Part shown: positions 17,293-25,760 of the stretch, piece by piece | How positions within the stretch are numbered: the stretch's first letter is position 1 | Layout of the letters: every line of letters starts with the position of its first letter | DNA from: an uncultured Acidimicrobiales bacterium | GTDB taxonomy: Bacteria; Actinomycetota; Acidimicrobiia; Acidimicrobiales; CATQHL01 | Assembly: GCA_958295925.1 (NCBI GenBank) | Contig: CATQHL010000001.1 | Span: forward strand, 2,030,780 to 2,094,779 | Direction: 5' to 3' | Length of the DNA: 64,000 bases | The notes under the pieces: generated by a model | Seen by the model: only the letters and a program-made list of their open reading frames with translations | Told to the model about the DNA's origin: nothing | Database searches by the model: none | Translations under genes and position numbers: made by a program

Positions 17293-18225
17293 TCAGCTAT
17301 CCGCCAGCCGCTCGGCTTGGCGCAGGTGCTCGGTCAGCTCGGCCAGGGGGCAGCGGGCGTTCAGCCCGCTGGTGGAGGGCATCAAATAGACGGGACGGCC
17401 CCCTACGCGGCGGGGCTGCGCCCCGGGCTCGGCGCGCCGGTCGACGCCAGCCCGCCAGCCCGCCAGGCCCACGAAACAGACGACCGCCGGCTTCAGCCAG
17501 CCTGCCAGGGTGTCGAGCCGCTGCAGCCCGTGCTTGAACTCCGAGGCGGCGATTTCCCCGGCGCGCCTGGAAGGGCGCTTAACCAGGTCTGTCATTCCCA
17601 CGCCGTGTTCGAGCAGTGCGCGGCGCGGGCAGCGATTCGTCGAGACCAGGCCGGCGAGGAGGGCGGCAGGCCAGAAGCGGTTTCCTGCCGTGGCGAAGCC
17701 CACGCCGACTTCGGCGGAGTACAGGCTGGGATTCAAGCCACAGACGAGCAGCCGCATCCCGCTCCCCACGGTGTCGGGCAAGGTGTGCGAGCGTCGGGCA
17801 TTGACGAGCAGGGTGCGCTCCTGCTGCTGGATCGACTCGGGGGCCAGACCGGCCCCTTCGAGGACTGCTCGGAGCAGCGTCAGGGGCCAGTGCGAGAAGC
17901 GCCGCCGGGGGAAGTCGTCGTTGGCGACCTCCCCCCATTCCATGTCCCCGGCGAAGAGATGCATCTCAACCTTGCTCTCGGGTGCCAGCGCTGCGTGCAG
18001 GTCGGCGAGCGCCAGGGGCACCTCTGAGCGGGGAAGATGCACGTACGACCGCGAAGCCCACGCTCCACGCAATGATCCTCGGCGAAACGGAAGGTGGCGC
18101 AAATCCCCTGCCACACGCAGCCCGCCTTCGCATTGGGCAAGCATGGAGCGGCTGGCGTCGAAAGCCACTGCGGGCTGCGGAAGCAGGCGCGTGTGCCAGC
18201 CCGGACCGCATCCCAGGTCGGCCAC
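17293..18225 (-). CDS. fusion protein: class I SAM-dependent methyltransferase + family-2 uracil-DNA glycosylase (Mug/TDG-like)
   Basis: The N-terminal half has DLGCGPGWH (motif I), DLRHLPF and a Methyltransf_11-like layout. The C-terminal half has LLVCGLNPSLYSAEVGVGFATAGNRFW and MPSTSGLN, which are Mug hallmarks. The coordinates use GTG 18225. The true start is probably CTG 18339, which lies 5 nt after AAGGAGG (see findings). Confidence 0.8.
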   Translation of the reverse strand: MADLGCGPGWHTRLLPQPAVAFDASRSMLAQCEGGLRVAGDLRHLPFRRGSLRGAWASRSYVHLPRSEVPLALADLHAALAPESKVEMHLFAGDMEWGEVANDDFPRRRFSHWPLTLLRAVLEGAGLAPESIQQQERTLLVNARRSHTLPDTVGSGMRLLVCGLNPSLYSAEVGVGFATAGNRFWPAALLAGLVSTNRCPRRALLEHGVGMTDLVKRPSRRAGEIAASEFKHGLQRLDTLAGWLKPAVVCFVGLAGWRAGVDRRAEPGAQPRRVGGRPVYLMPSTSGLNARCPLAELTEHLRQAERLADS

Positions 18226-18718
18226 CGGCCCTTCCTCCAGTCTTTGGCCGAATGCCTCGAGGCGTTTCAGGAACCGGGGAGAGCGGCGTCTTACCCATTC
18301 CTCCGCACGTCGGTCATAGACATCGACGGTCTCGTCCAGGGGTTCCTCCTTTCGGTCAAGGTTGATTGGTGAACATTGTTTCAGGGAGTAAGTAGAATTG
18401 CCGTCGTGGTCAACAGCAAATCCAAATCCGTAGAAAAGGTGAAGTCGCAGAGTCAGTCGACGCTTGGAACACAGTCAGTTGGCACCTCTGCGGTTCTGGG
18501 CGAAGCCCTCGCGCTTATCGATTGCAAGCTGGGGGAGGTTTCCATGCGGGAACTGGTGTCACGAACGGAGTTCACCGACTTGCTGTTGGACCTGCGCATC
18601 CTGCTCGCTGCCGAGGCGGAGGCGCTTTCCAGCAACTGAGCTGCGTGCAGCCGAAGTCGGGAGCGGATTCCCGCCCGGTGAGAACGCATCCTTTAAGAGA
18701 AGGCCACGAGGAGACGGA

Positions 18719-21163
18719 GTGACCACCCGCCTAATTGGTGCGAGCGTCCCGCGAAGCGAGGATCGGCGCATCTTGGACGGCGCCGGAGTCTTTATAGACG
18801 ACATCGAGCCCGCCGGCTGTCTGCACGTTGCGATGGTGCGATCCACTTGCGCCAACGGGCGCATCAGAAGGGTGGATGCCACGCCAGCGCGGGCCGCTCC
18901 GGGCGTGGTAGCCGTTTACACAGCGGACGACCTGGGGGAACTAGGTCGGAGGAACCTTCCCCTGCTGATTCCCAACCCAGCCCTCACCGAACCTCGAACG
19001 CAGTTTCTGCTCGCCTTCGAGTACGTGCATTTTGTGGGCGAGGCAGTGGCGATGGTGGTGGCGGAGAGCCGTTACGCAGCCGAAGACGCTGCAGGGCTGG
19101 TGGAGGTTGACTACACGGAGTTCCCGGCGGTCGTCGGGCCGTTGAACGCCTTTCATTCCAAAGAGCGCGCGCACGTGGACATGAACACCAACGTGGCGGC
19201 CCACTTTGTGCAGGAGCACGGCGACACGGAGGCGGCGTTTGAAGGGGCCACGCGTGTTCTCGAGCGTGAATTTATGGTGGAGCGCAGCGCCGCTACGCCC
19301 ATCGAGTGCCGAGGGGTGGTGGCGATACCCGAGCAGACCGGCCAACTCCTGGTCTACGACTCGTCGCAGGCGCCAAGCACTATCAGGGCGGGGCTATCCA
19401 CCTACCTCGGGGTAGCCGAGCATGAAGTGGAGGTGGTGGCTCCCGACGTGGGCGGGGGATTCGGCGTCAAGCTGCCGGTTTTCTATCCTGAGGAAATACT
19501 CGTTCCGTGGGCTGCGAGGCGCCTGGGCGCCCCTGTGAAGTTCGTAGAGGACCGCTCTGAGCACTTCGTTGCCTCCAACCACGAGCGGGCGCAGTGGCAC
19601 AGGGTGAAGGTCGGATACGAGGAGGATGGGCGCATCTGCGGACTGGTCGACGAGTTCATCCACGATGCGGGCGCCTACTGCCCGTACGGGATCATCATCC
19701 CCATCGTCACGGCCAGCAGGCTGCCGGGGCCATACAAGATCCCCGCGTACGGCAGCGAGATGCATGTCGTCTACACAAACACCGTGCCCGTCACGCCGTA
19801 CAGAGGCGCAGGGATGCCGCAAGGTGCTTTCGTGATGGAGAGGGTGATTGACCTGATTGCGCGCGACCTGGGCGTCGACAGGGCAGAGGTGCGACGAAGA
19901 AACTTCATCGCCCCAGACGAGTTTCCCTACGTGGTCGGACTCATGGACGAGGACGGCACCACCACCACCTACGACAGTGGCGACTACCCCAGGGGGTTCG
20001 AGAAACTCCTCGAGTCGATCGGCCATGCGGGCTTTCCCGCTGAACAGGCCGCGGCTCTAGCGGAGGGAAGGCGCATCGGAATCGGCTTCGGCTGTTACGT
20101 GGAAGGGACGGGCTGCGGCCCCTACGAAGGGGCCCGCATCCACGTGGAGACAACCGGGAAGGTCTTTGTGAGCACCGGCATAGCCACCCAGGGCCAGTCG
20201 CACTGCACCATCCTCTCGCAGATCGTTGCCGACGTTCTTGGCGTGGCGCTCGACGACGTGGTGGTGAAGACGGGGGACACGCGGCAATTCAAGTGGGCCA
20301 CTGGGACTTTCGCCTCCCGCATAGCGGTTGTGGCGGGCAGCGCCGTGGCAGAGGCGGCATTGCTCGTAAAGGAAAAAGCAGCCGAGATAGCGGCGAGAAT
20401 TTTCGAAGCCAGCACGGCCGACGTCGCCTTCGAAGACGGCGACGTCTTCGTGAAGGGTTCGCCTGACGTCCGGATCCCGCTTCGGCAGGTCGCGGTGCTC
20501 GCCAACCCTCTCCGCTACGCATTCAGCAGTGAAGCCCTCGCCGCCACACAGTTCGTCGGCGACGGCGAGCGCGCCAAGGCCCCTCCGCCTTCGGAGGTTG
20601 CGCCCGGCCTGGAGGCGACGGCGTACGCCAGCCCTGAGTTCGCCACATTTGCCAGCGGTGCGCATGCCGCAGTGGTGGAGGTGGACGTGGAGACTGGCGC
20701 GGTGCGCATTCTGCGCTACTCGGTGGTGCACGACTGCGGGAGGATGATCAACCCCGCTGTTGTCGAGGGGCAGGTGCACGGCGGCACGGCCCAGGGGATC
20801 GGCGGGGCGCTGTACGAGCGGATTTGCTACGACGAGGAGGGGCAGCTGAAGAACGCCAACTTCATGGACTTTCTCGTCCCGTATGCCTCGGAGATTCCTG
20901 AGATTTGCGTGGAGCACACCGAGACGCCCTCGCCCTTGAATCCCCTCGGAGTCAAGGGCGTGGGGGAGGCGGGCTGCATCTCAGCTGCGCCGGCTGTAAT
21001 AGGCGCGATTGAGGATGCCCTGGGCGTCGAGATCACGTCTTCGCCTCTCAGCCCTGAGATGGTCGCGGGGTTGGCTGCGGGCAGCGCAGGCGGTGAGGCG
21101 GCGGGCTCATTCGCGGCGAGAGGGGGCGTTGGGCAGTCTCGAGGTGAAACAGATGGTGCTTGA
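18719..21163 (+). CDS. xanthine dehydrogenase/CoxL-family molybdopterin-binding large subunit (copy 2)
   Basis: VPRSEDRRILDGAGVFIDD, DVGGGFGVK, YRGAGMPQGAF and LGVKGVGEAGCISAAPAV. GTG 18719 follows GAGGAG. The ORF-track extension to 18464 is rejected. Confidence 0.9.
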   Translation: MTTRLIGASVPRSEDRRILDGAGVFIDDIEPAGCLHVAMVRSTCANGRIRRVDATPARAAPGVVAVYTADDLGELGRRNLPLLIPNPALTEPRTQFLLAFEYVHFVGEAVAMVVAESRYAAEDAAGLVEVDYTEFPAVVGPLNAFHSKERAHVDMNTNVAAHFVQEHGDTEAAFEGATRVLEREFMVERSAATPIECRGVVAIPEQTGQLLVYDSSQAPSTIRAGLSTYLGVAEHEVEVVAPDVGGGFGVKLPVFYPEEILVPWAARRLGAPVKFVEDRSEHFVASNHERAQWHRVKVGYEEDGRICGLVDEFIHDAGAYCPYGIIIPIVTASRLPGPYKIPAYGSEMHVVYTNTVPVTPYRGAGMPQGAFVMERVIDLIARDLGVDRAEVRRRNFIAPDEFPYVVGLMDEDGTTTTYDSGDYPRGFEKLLESIGHAGFPAEQAAALAEGRRIGIGFGCYVEGTGCGPYEGARIHVETTGKVFVSTGIATQGQSHCTILSQIVADVLGVALDDVVVKTGDTRQFKWATGTFASRIAVVAGSAVAEAALLVKEKAAEIAARIFEASTADVAFEDGDVFVKGSPDVRIPLRQVAVLANPLRYAFSSEALAATQFVGDGERAKAPPPSEVAPGLEATAYASPEFATFASGAHAAVVEVDVETGAVRILRYSVVHDCGRMINPAVVEGQVHGGTAQGIGGALYERICYDEEGQLKNANFMDFLVPYASEIPEICVEHTETPSPLNPLGVKGVGEAGCISAAPAVIGAIEDALGVEITSSPLSPEMVAGLAAGSAGGEAAGSFAARGGVGQSRGETDGA

Positions 21164-21674
21164 GGACTCCCGAGCCGTAAGGGTGGTGGTCAACGGCGAG
21201 GTGAGGGAAGCGGACGCCCCCGTGCGGATGCTGCTCTCCGACTTTCTCCGCCACCGCCTGGGCCTGACGGGAACGCACGTGGGCTGTGAGCAGGGAGTCT
21301 GCGGGAGCTGCACCATCCACTTGAACGGGGATCCTCACCGCTCGTGCCTTCTTCTGGCGGTCCAGGCGCACGGCGAGGAGATCACGACCATAGAAGGGAT
21401 GAGGGAGCACCCGGTTGCCCTGTCGTTTGCCCGCTGCCACGCCATCCAGTGCGGATTCTGTACGGCAGGGCTCGTCATGTCGGCGACGGCGTTCCTGCGA
21501 GAGGAGCCTGCGCCGAGTCGTCAGGCGATAGTCGGGGCCGTCTCCTCGAACCTGTGCCGATGCACGGGCTACCAGAACATCGTCAGGGCAGTGGCAGAGG
21601 CTGCAGCCGAGATGGGCGCCCAAGCCGATGAGCGCGCATCGCCCGACACCTCGGCGGCGGTGGGGCCGGGCTGA
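21153..21674 (+). CDS. (2Fe-2S)-binding small subunit of Mo-hydroxylase (CoxS type)
   Basis: CEQGVCGSCT and CGFCTAG...CRCTGY are the two [2Fe-2S] cysteine clusters. ATG 21153 overlaps the large-subunit end by 11 nt. Confidence 0.9.
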   Translation: MVLEDSRAVRVVVNGEVREADAPVRMLLSDFLRHRLGLTGTHVGCEQGVCGSCTIHLNGDPHRSCLLLAVQAHGEEITTIEGMREHPVALSFARCHAIQCGFCTAGLVMSATAFLREEPAPSRQAIVGAVSSNLCRCTGYQNIVRAVAEAAAEMGAQADERASPDTSAAVGPG

Positions 21675-21721
21675 AGAACCAAGGCGTCGGGGCGGCGATC
21701 AGGGCGCTGGACGAGACGCAG

Positions 21722-22951
21722 GTGACTGCGATCTCGGTTCGCCTGGCAACCGAGGCGACCGATGCGGTGGGAAGGCTCGAGTACCTCCATGCAGGCCCTC
21801 CCCTCGATGGCGGGGAGATGCCTGGACCGCTCAGGGGGGCGATCGTGGGGGCGCTGATCTTCGAGGGTGAAGCCGACTCCCCCGACGAGGCGGCCAAAAT
21901 CATCGACGGGGGCTCTTTGGGGCTGCGGTCCTGCCACGACCACGGAGGGGTCGGGGCGATGGCAGGTGTGGTGACGCCCTCCATGCCGCTGTTGGTCGTC
22001 GAGACCGACAGGGGAACGCGGGCGTTCGCCCCCCTTAACGAGGGGCTCGGCCGCGCTCTGCGCTTCGGTTCACACGACCACGCCACCCTGGACAGGCTCA
22101 GGTGGATGAGGGATGTGGCCGCCCCTGTTCTCGACGCTGCCCTTGCCGCGGTCGGGGGGCTGGAGATTACGGGGTTGTGGTCGGAAGGGTTAAGGCGCGG
22201 CGACGAGTGTCACAACAGAAACGTGGCTTCGTCTGCGGCTGTCCTCGCCCGCCTCGCTCCCGACATCGTGAGAGCAGGGAGGGCGGACGCAGCCGAGGTT
22301 CTTTCGTTTATTGCCGGCAACCCCCACTTCTTCCTGTCTTTCTCCATCGCCGCGGCCAAGGCCCTTGCCGATCTGGCGGGCGATTCCGACGAAGAGGGTG
22401 TGGTGTGCGCGATGTCGGCGAACGGGAACGACTTCGGAATTCGTGTCAGCGGCGCCGGCGGCAGATGGTTTCTAACCGAGAGTCTCATCGGCGAACCGAA
22501 GCTGTTCGAGGGCTTCACCCCGGGCGACGTGTGCCCGGTCTTGGGGGATTCCTTCATCACGGAGACGGTCGGGCTGGGGGCCTTCGCCCTTTCCGCCTCG
22601 CCATCCATCGCCGCCTACATCGGGGGAGATCCCAGGCAGGCGCCAGATCTGATTGCCGAGCTTCGTCGCATCTGCCGCGCCACGAGTTCCCGCCTGCTGA
22701 TTCCCTACGAGGGCTTTCGCGGCACCCCCCTCGGCATCGACGTGCGAAGAGTGGCGTCCACGGGCGTCACCCCCCTCGTGAACGCAGGCCTGGCTCACCG
22801 CCAGGCGGGAAGGGGGCAGGTCGGGGCGGGGATGATCCGGCTGCCGCTAGCCCCCTTTGCCGCCGCTGACGATTTCCTGCGACGGCGGGTGCCCCAGCAA
22901 GCCGAAGGCCGTCCGGGCGTATACATCGGCGCAGAGGGCGATGTCCTGTAG
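21722..22951 (+). CDS. DUF1116 / YlbE-family protein
   Basis: YLHAGPP, SCHDHGGVGAMAG, GDECHNRNVASSA, NGNDFGIRVSGAGGRWF, GDSFITETVGLG and GIDVRRV..TGVTPLVNAGLAH match E. coli YlbE as I recall it. The start is uncertain: GTG 21722, or CTG 21671 overlapping the coxS stop. Confidence 0.8.
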   Translation: MTAISVRLATEATDAVGRLEYLHAGPPLDGGEMPGPLRGAIVGALIFEGEADSPDEAAKIIDGGSLGLRSCHDHGGVGAMAGVVTPSMPLLVVETDRGTRAFAPLNEGLGRALRFGSHDHATLDRLRWMRDVAAPVLDAALAAVGGLEITGLWSEGLRRGDECHNRNVASSAAVLARLAPDIVRAGRADAAEVLSFIAGNPHFFLSFSIAAAKALADLAGDSDEEGVVCAMSANGNDFGIRVSGAGGRWFLTESLIGEPKLFEGFTPGDVCPVLGDSFITETVGLGAFALSASPSIAAYIGGDPRQAPDLIAELRRICRATSSRLLIPYEGFRGTPLGIDVRRVASTGVTPLVNAGLAHRQAGRGQVGAGMIRLPLAPFAAADDFLRRRVPQQAEGRPGVYIGAEGDVL

Positions 22952-24043
22952 GGAGACTGACTCTTCGTCGGAGTGCCACATGGCCTGATCCCCCGGTCCC
23001 AGCATTACCGCCGGGATGCCGTTTCTGGTAAAGACACCGGCGTCAATGCAGCCGTGTGAGCTGGTCAGCGCAACTTCGGGGCGTCCCGCAGCCGCAAAAG
23101 CGGAGCGCAGGGAGGCGACGAGGGGGGAGTCGGGGGGCAGATCGGACGGGAACATCACGGGGCCGGGCTCCAGCTCTGTTTCCCAGTCGTCTACTTCGTT
23201 GAGGGCGGCTTGAATGTCCTCGAGGGCCGACTCAGGGCTGTCGCCGGGCAGGAGTCGGCGGTCGACGACGATCTCCACGCAGTCGGGGATCGTGTGTGTG
23301 GCTTCGGGGCTGCTTCTGAGCGATGTCGGTGTCAGGGTGGGGGAGCCCAGGCGGGGATGCGTCCCCGGCAGGTGTATGTCGTCGAGCCTCCTCAAGACTT
23401 GACGCGCCCCTTCAATGGCGTTCCTCGACATCCAGGGCATGGCACTGTGACCGGCGCGCCCGTAGACCCTGATTGTGGCGTCGATCCTTCCCTTGTTCGC
23501 GGTGCAGATGTCGTTGTTAGTGCCTATTCCCACAAGGCAGGCCGAAGGTGCCGGCAGATTCCTCCTGTGGTCGAGGAAAGCCTCGGCGGCGTCATGCCTG
23601 CCAGTTTCCCCGGATGGTGAGACGCAAAGGGTGAACGTCCCCCCGAGTTCGTTTCGCCGTTCCGCTATTTGGCTCAGCGCCAGGAGGGCGGCGGCCAGCG
23701 CCCCCTTCTGCTCGCTCGCCCCACGTCCACGCAGATGGACTTCGCCGTCGTCGGTGGTTGAACGGCTGGCGTCGTAGGGCTTTGTCATTCGACCGGCGGG
23801 GTGCGTCATGGCGTAGCAGAAGATGACAAGTCCAGGGGCATGGCCTTCCCCCGCCTCTGTGATCAAGTTGCCCGCCTCGTCGGTTTCGTGAGACAGCCCG
23901 ATCTGCTCGATGAGCGGGGCGACTGTGCTTCGCAGAAAGTTCCGCACGAGCGGTTCTGACTCGAAGAGGCTGGTTTGCGGGGAGGGCGTCTCCAGCAAGG
24001 GCTGGAGTACCTGCTCGACCTCCGAGTCTGAAAACCTTTTCAT
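22847..24043 (-). CDS. M20-family metallopeptidase/amidohydrolase (ArgE/DapE/carbamoylase-like)
   Basis: It has the M20 layout: N-terminal catalytic part (HLRGRGASEQKGALAA), dimerisation insert and C-terminal HSDEESV. It is the last gene of the minus-strand operon. Confidence 0.8.
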   Translation of the reverse strand: MKRFSDSEVEQVLQPLLETPSPQTSLFESEPLVRNFLRSTVAPLIEQIGLSHETDEAGNLITEAGEGHAPGLVIFCYAMTHPAGRMTKPYDASRSTTDDGEVHLRGRGASEQKGALAAALLALSQIAERRNELGGTFTLCVSPSGETGRHDAAEAFLDHRRNLPAPSACLVGIGTNNDICTANKGRIDATIRVYGRAGHSAMPWMSRNAIEGARQVLRRLDDIHLPGTHPRLGSPTLTPTSLRSSPEATHTIPDCVEIVVDRRLLPGDSPESALEDIQAALNEVDDWETELEPGPVMFPSDLPPDSPLVASLRSAFAAAGRPEVALTSSHGCIDAGVFTRNGIPAVMLGPGDQAMWHSDEESVSLQDIALCADVYARTAFGLLGHPPSQEIVSGGKGG

Positions 24044-24060
24044 CGCCTATGAGGGGCGCG

Positions 24061-25284
24061 CTAGCGTCGCAGCCCCATTTTCTTTAGACGCGGAAAGATC
24101 TCCTCCTCAATTTGCTGGAGGCCCTTGAACGGGTCGAAGAAGGAGATCACGGCGCTTTCTATGCCTGCCTCATGGAGCTCCCGCAGCGTCTCAGCGACCG
24201 TGTCGTAGCTACCAACAAGATGGTAGCCCCCTATGCCAAGCGCCATGCTCAGGAAGCGCTCCTTGCCGATGCCCCCAAAGGGATCGGAGCTTTTCTGGTC
24301 GAGTTCGTCCCAGCCGAAGGTGGAGGAGGTGTGCTGACGCTTGGCCGACTCCATGAAGTTCATCGCGGCCATGTGGTCCACCTCTTCGGCGATCCAGTCG
24401 GCTGTGGCCTGCGCGGCGGAGTCGGTCTTGTCGATGATGGGCCAGAGTTGGGTGGAGACGAGGACTTTGCGATTGTAGGAAGCCGCCTTGTTGTGGATTC
24501 GCTCGGCGACGTTTCTGTATTCCTCTATTGTCGGCTGGACTTGGAAGATCCATTCGGCGTGCCGGCAGGCGAAGTCGATTCCTATCTCGGACTGCCCTGC
24601 CTGCATGAGCAGCGGCCTGGGTTTCCTGGTGGGCTTCGGGTTCACGTAGCCCCCGTAGCACTGGTAGTACTCGCCTTCGAAGATGATCGGGTCCTCAGAC
24701 GCCCAGAGGTGCTTTACAAGTGTGAAGAACTCGTCGGCGCGACGGTACGACTCGTCGTGTTCAGGCGGTTCGACATGACCGAAAGCGGCGTACTCCTTGG
24801 CGGAGTAGCCGGTGACCATGTTGAGGCCCCAGCGGCCGCCGGAAATGTGGTCGATCGTCACCCCGAACTTGGCAAAGTGGAGCGGGTGAAAGTTGTAGTT
24901 GCTGTGAGCCGTTGAGAACTGCAGCATGCGGGTGGTGATCGTCGCGGCGGCCGCGGCTGCGGTGAGTGATTCAAGGCTGGACTCATTCCAAGAGGTCTCC
25001 CCGCCCTGCCCGATCCAGCGCGCGAAGGGGACCTGGTAGTCGAAGCCGATCCTCTCGGCCTCGGTGATCAGGTGTGAGGCCAGAGGCCACTTCCAGTAGT
25101 TCTGGTAGCGATCGGGGTCTGCGAGGACTGCTTTAGAGCTTGTTGTGCCTCCCTGGATGTTCCAGGCAAACAGTCCGACCTGAAGGGGCTGGCCAAGATG
25201 GGGGTCGGGTTGTCCGTGAGGCTCGAAGGGGCCGTTGAGCTGCTCAACTCTTCTCGGTCGGGTGCCAAAGCGGGTTGTAACCAT
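24061..25284 (-). CDS. luciferase-like (LLM) FMN-dependent monooxygenase, NtaA/SnaA/DszA/RutA-like
   Basis: QVGLFAWNIQGG, FDYQVPFARWIG and ISGGRWGLNMVTGY are typical of the large LLM monooxygenase subgroup. AGGACGA SD before the ATG. Confidence 0.85.
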   Translation of the reverse strand: MVTTRFGTRPRRVEQLNGPFEPHGQPDPHLGQPLQVGLFAWNIQGGTTSSKAVLADPDRYQNYWKWPLASHLITEAERIGFDYQVPFARWIGQGGETSWNESSLESLTAAAAAATITTRMLQFSTAHSNYNFHPLHFAKFGVTIDHISGGRWGLNMVTGYSAKEYAAFGHVEPPEHDESYRRADEFFTLVKHLWASEDPIIFEGEYYQCYGGYVNPKPTRKPRPLLMQAGQSEIGIDFACRHAEWIFQVQPTIEEYRNVAERIHNKAASYNRKVLVSTQLWPIIDKTDSAAQATADWIAEEVDHMAAMNFMESAKRQHTSSTFGWDELDQKSSDPFGGIGKERFLSMALGIGGYHLVGSYDTVAETLRELHEAGIESAVISFFDPFKGLQQIEEEIFPRLKKMGLRR

Positions 25285-25295
25285 TCTCGTCCTTT

Positions 25296-25760
25296 CTAGA
25301 TGGTGTCGGCAGGTGCCTGTCGATAGATAGGGCCGCGTTTGCTCACTTCTTCTAGCAGACCCTCCTCGTAGTATGCGGGCAGCGCCCCCACGTCAATCCT
25401 CAGCGCCTCCTGTCCCGAGTATCCGAGGGCGCCCTTTACGGCGTCGCTCATGTAGTAGGCGCCAAGCAGAAGGGTGAGGATCGTCAGGTAGCTCTCGTAG
25501 TCCCGCTCGATCAGGTCTTGCACGGTCTCAGACGTCGGGGTTTCAGGGAGGTTGGCGACAGACCGGGCAAACGACTCCGCGAGGTCGGGACGGGCTCGAA
25601 GCGCCTTCTCCAGGAGACTCCCGACCACCCCCGCAGTGGAGGCTGAGGGCAAATTCCCCCAGGCGGGGATGAGGACGTCTGCGACCGTGGCTATCCGCGA
25701 CCGCTCCTCTTCGGCGAATCCCCCCGCTTTGGCCTCTTCGGCCCGTCGAGGGGCTCTCAT
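25296..25760 (-). CDS. gluconate 2-dehydrogenase subunit 3-like small subunit of the GMC dehydrogenase
   Basis: A 154-aa ORF, ATGA-coupled to the GMC gene, with IATVADVLIPAWGNLPSAS typical of this family. I saw no obvious twin-arginine signal. Confidence 0.6.
   Translation of the reverse strand: MRAPRRAEEAKAGGFAEEERSRIATVADVLIPAWGNLPSASTAGVVGSLLEKALRARPDLAESFARSVANLPETPTSETVQDLIERDYESYLTILTLLLGAYYMSDAVKGALGYSGQEALRIDVGALPAYYEEGLLEEVSKRGPIYRQAPADTI

Noticed and set aside
18376-18639. 87-aa TTG-start ORF as a real protein.
   Set aside because: The N-terminal half has atypical S/K/V-rich composition and no SD. Only the 31-codon ATG-start version with a strong SD is kept, as a low-confidence finding.
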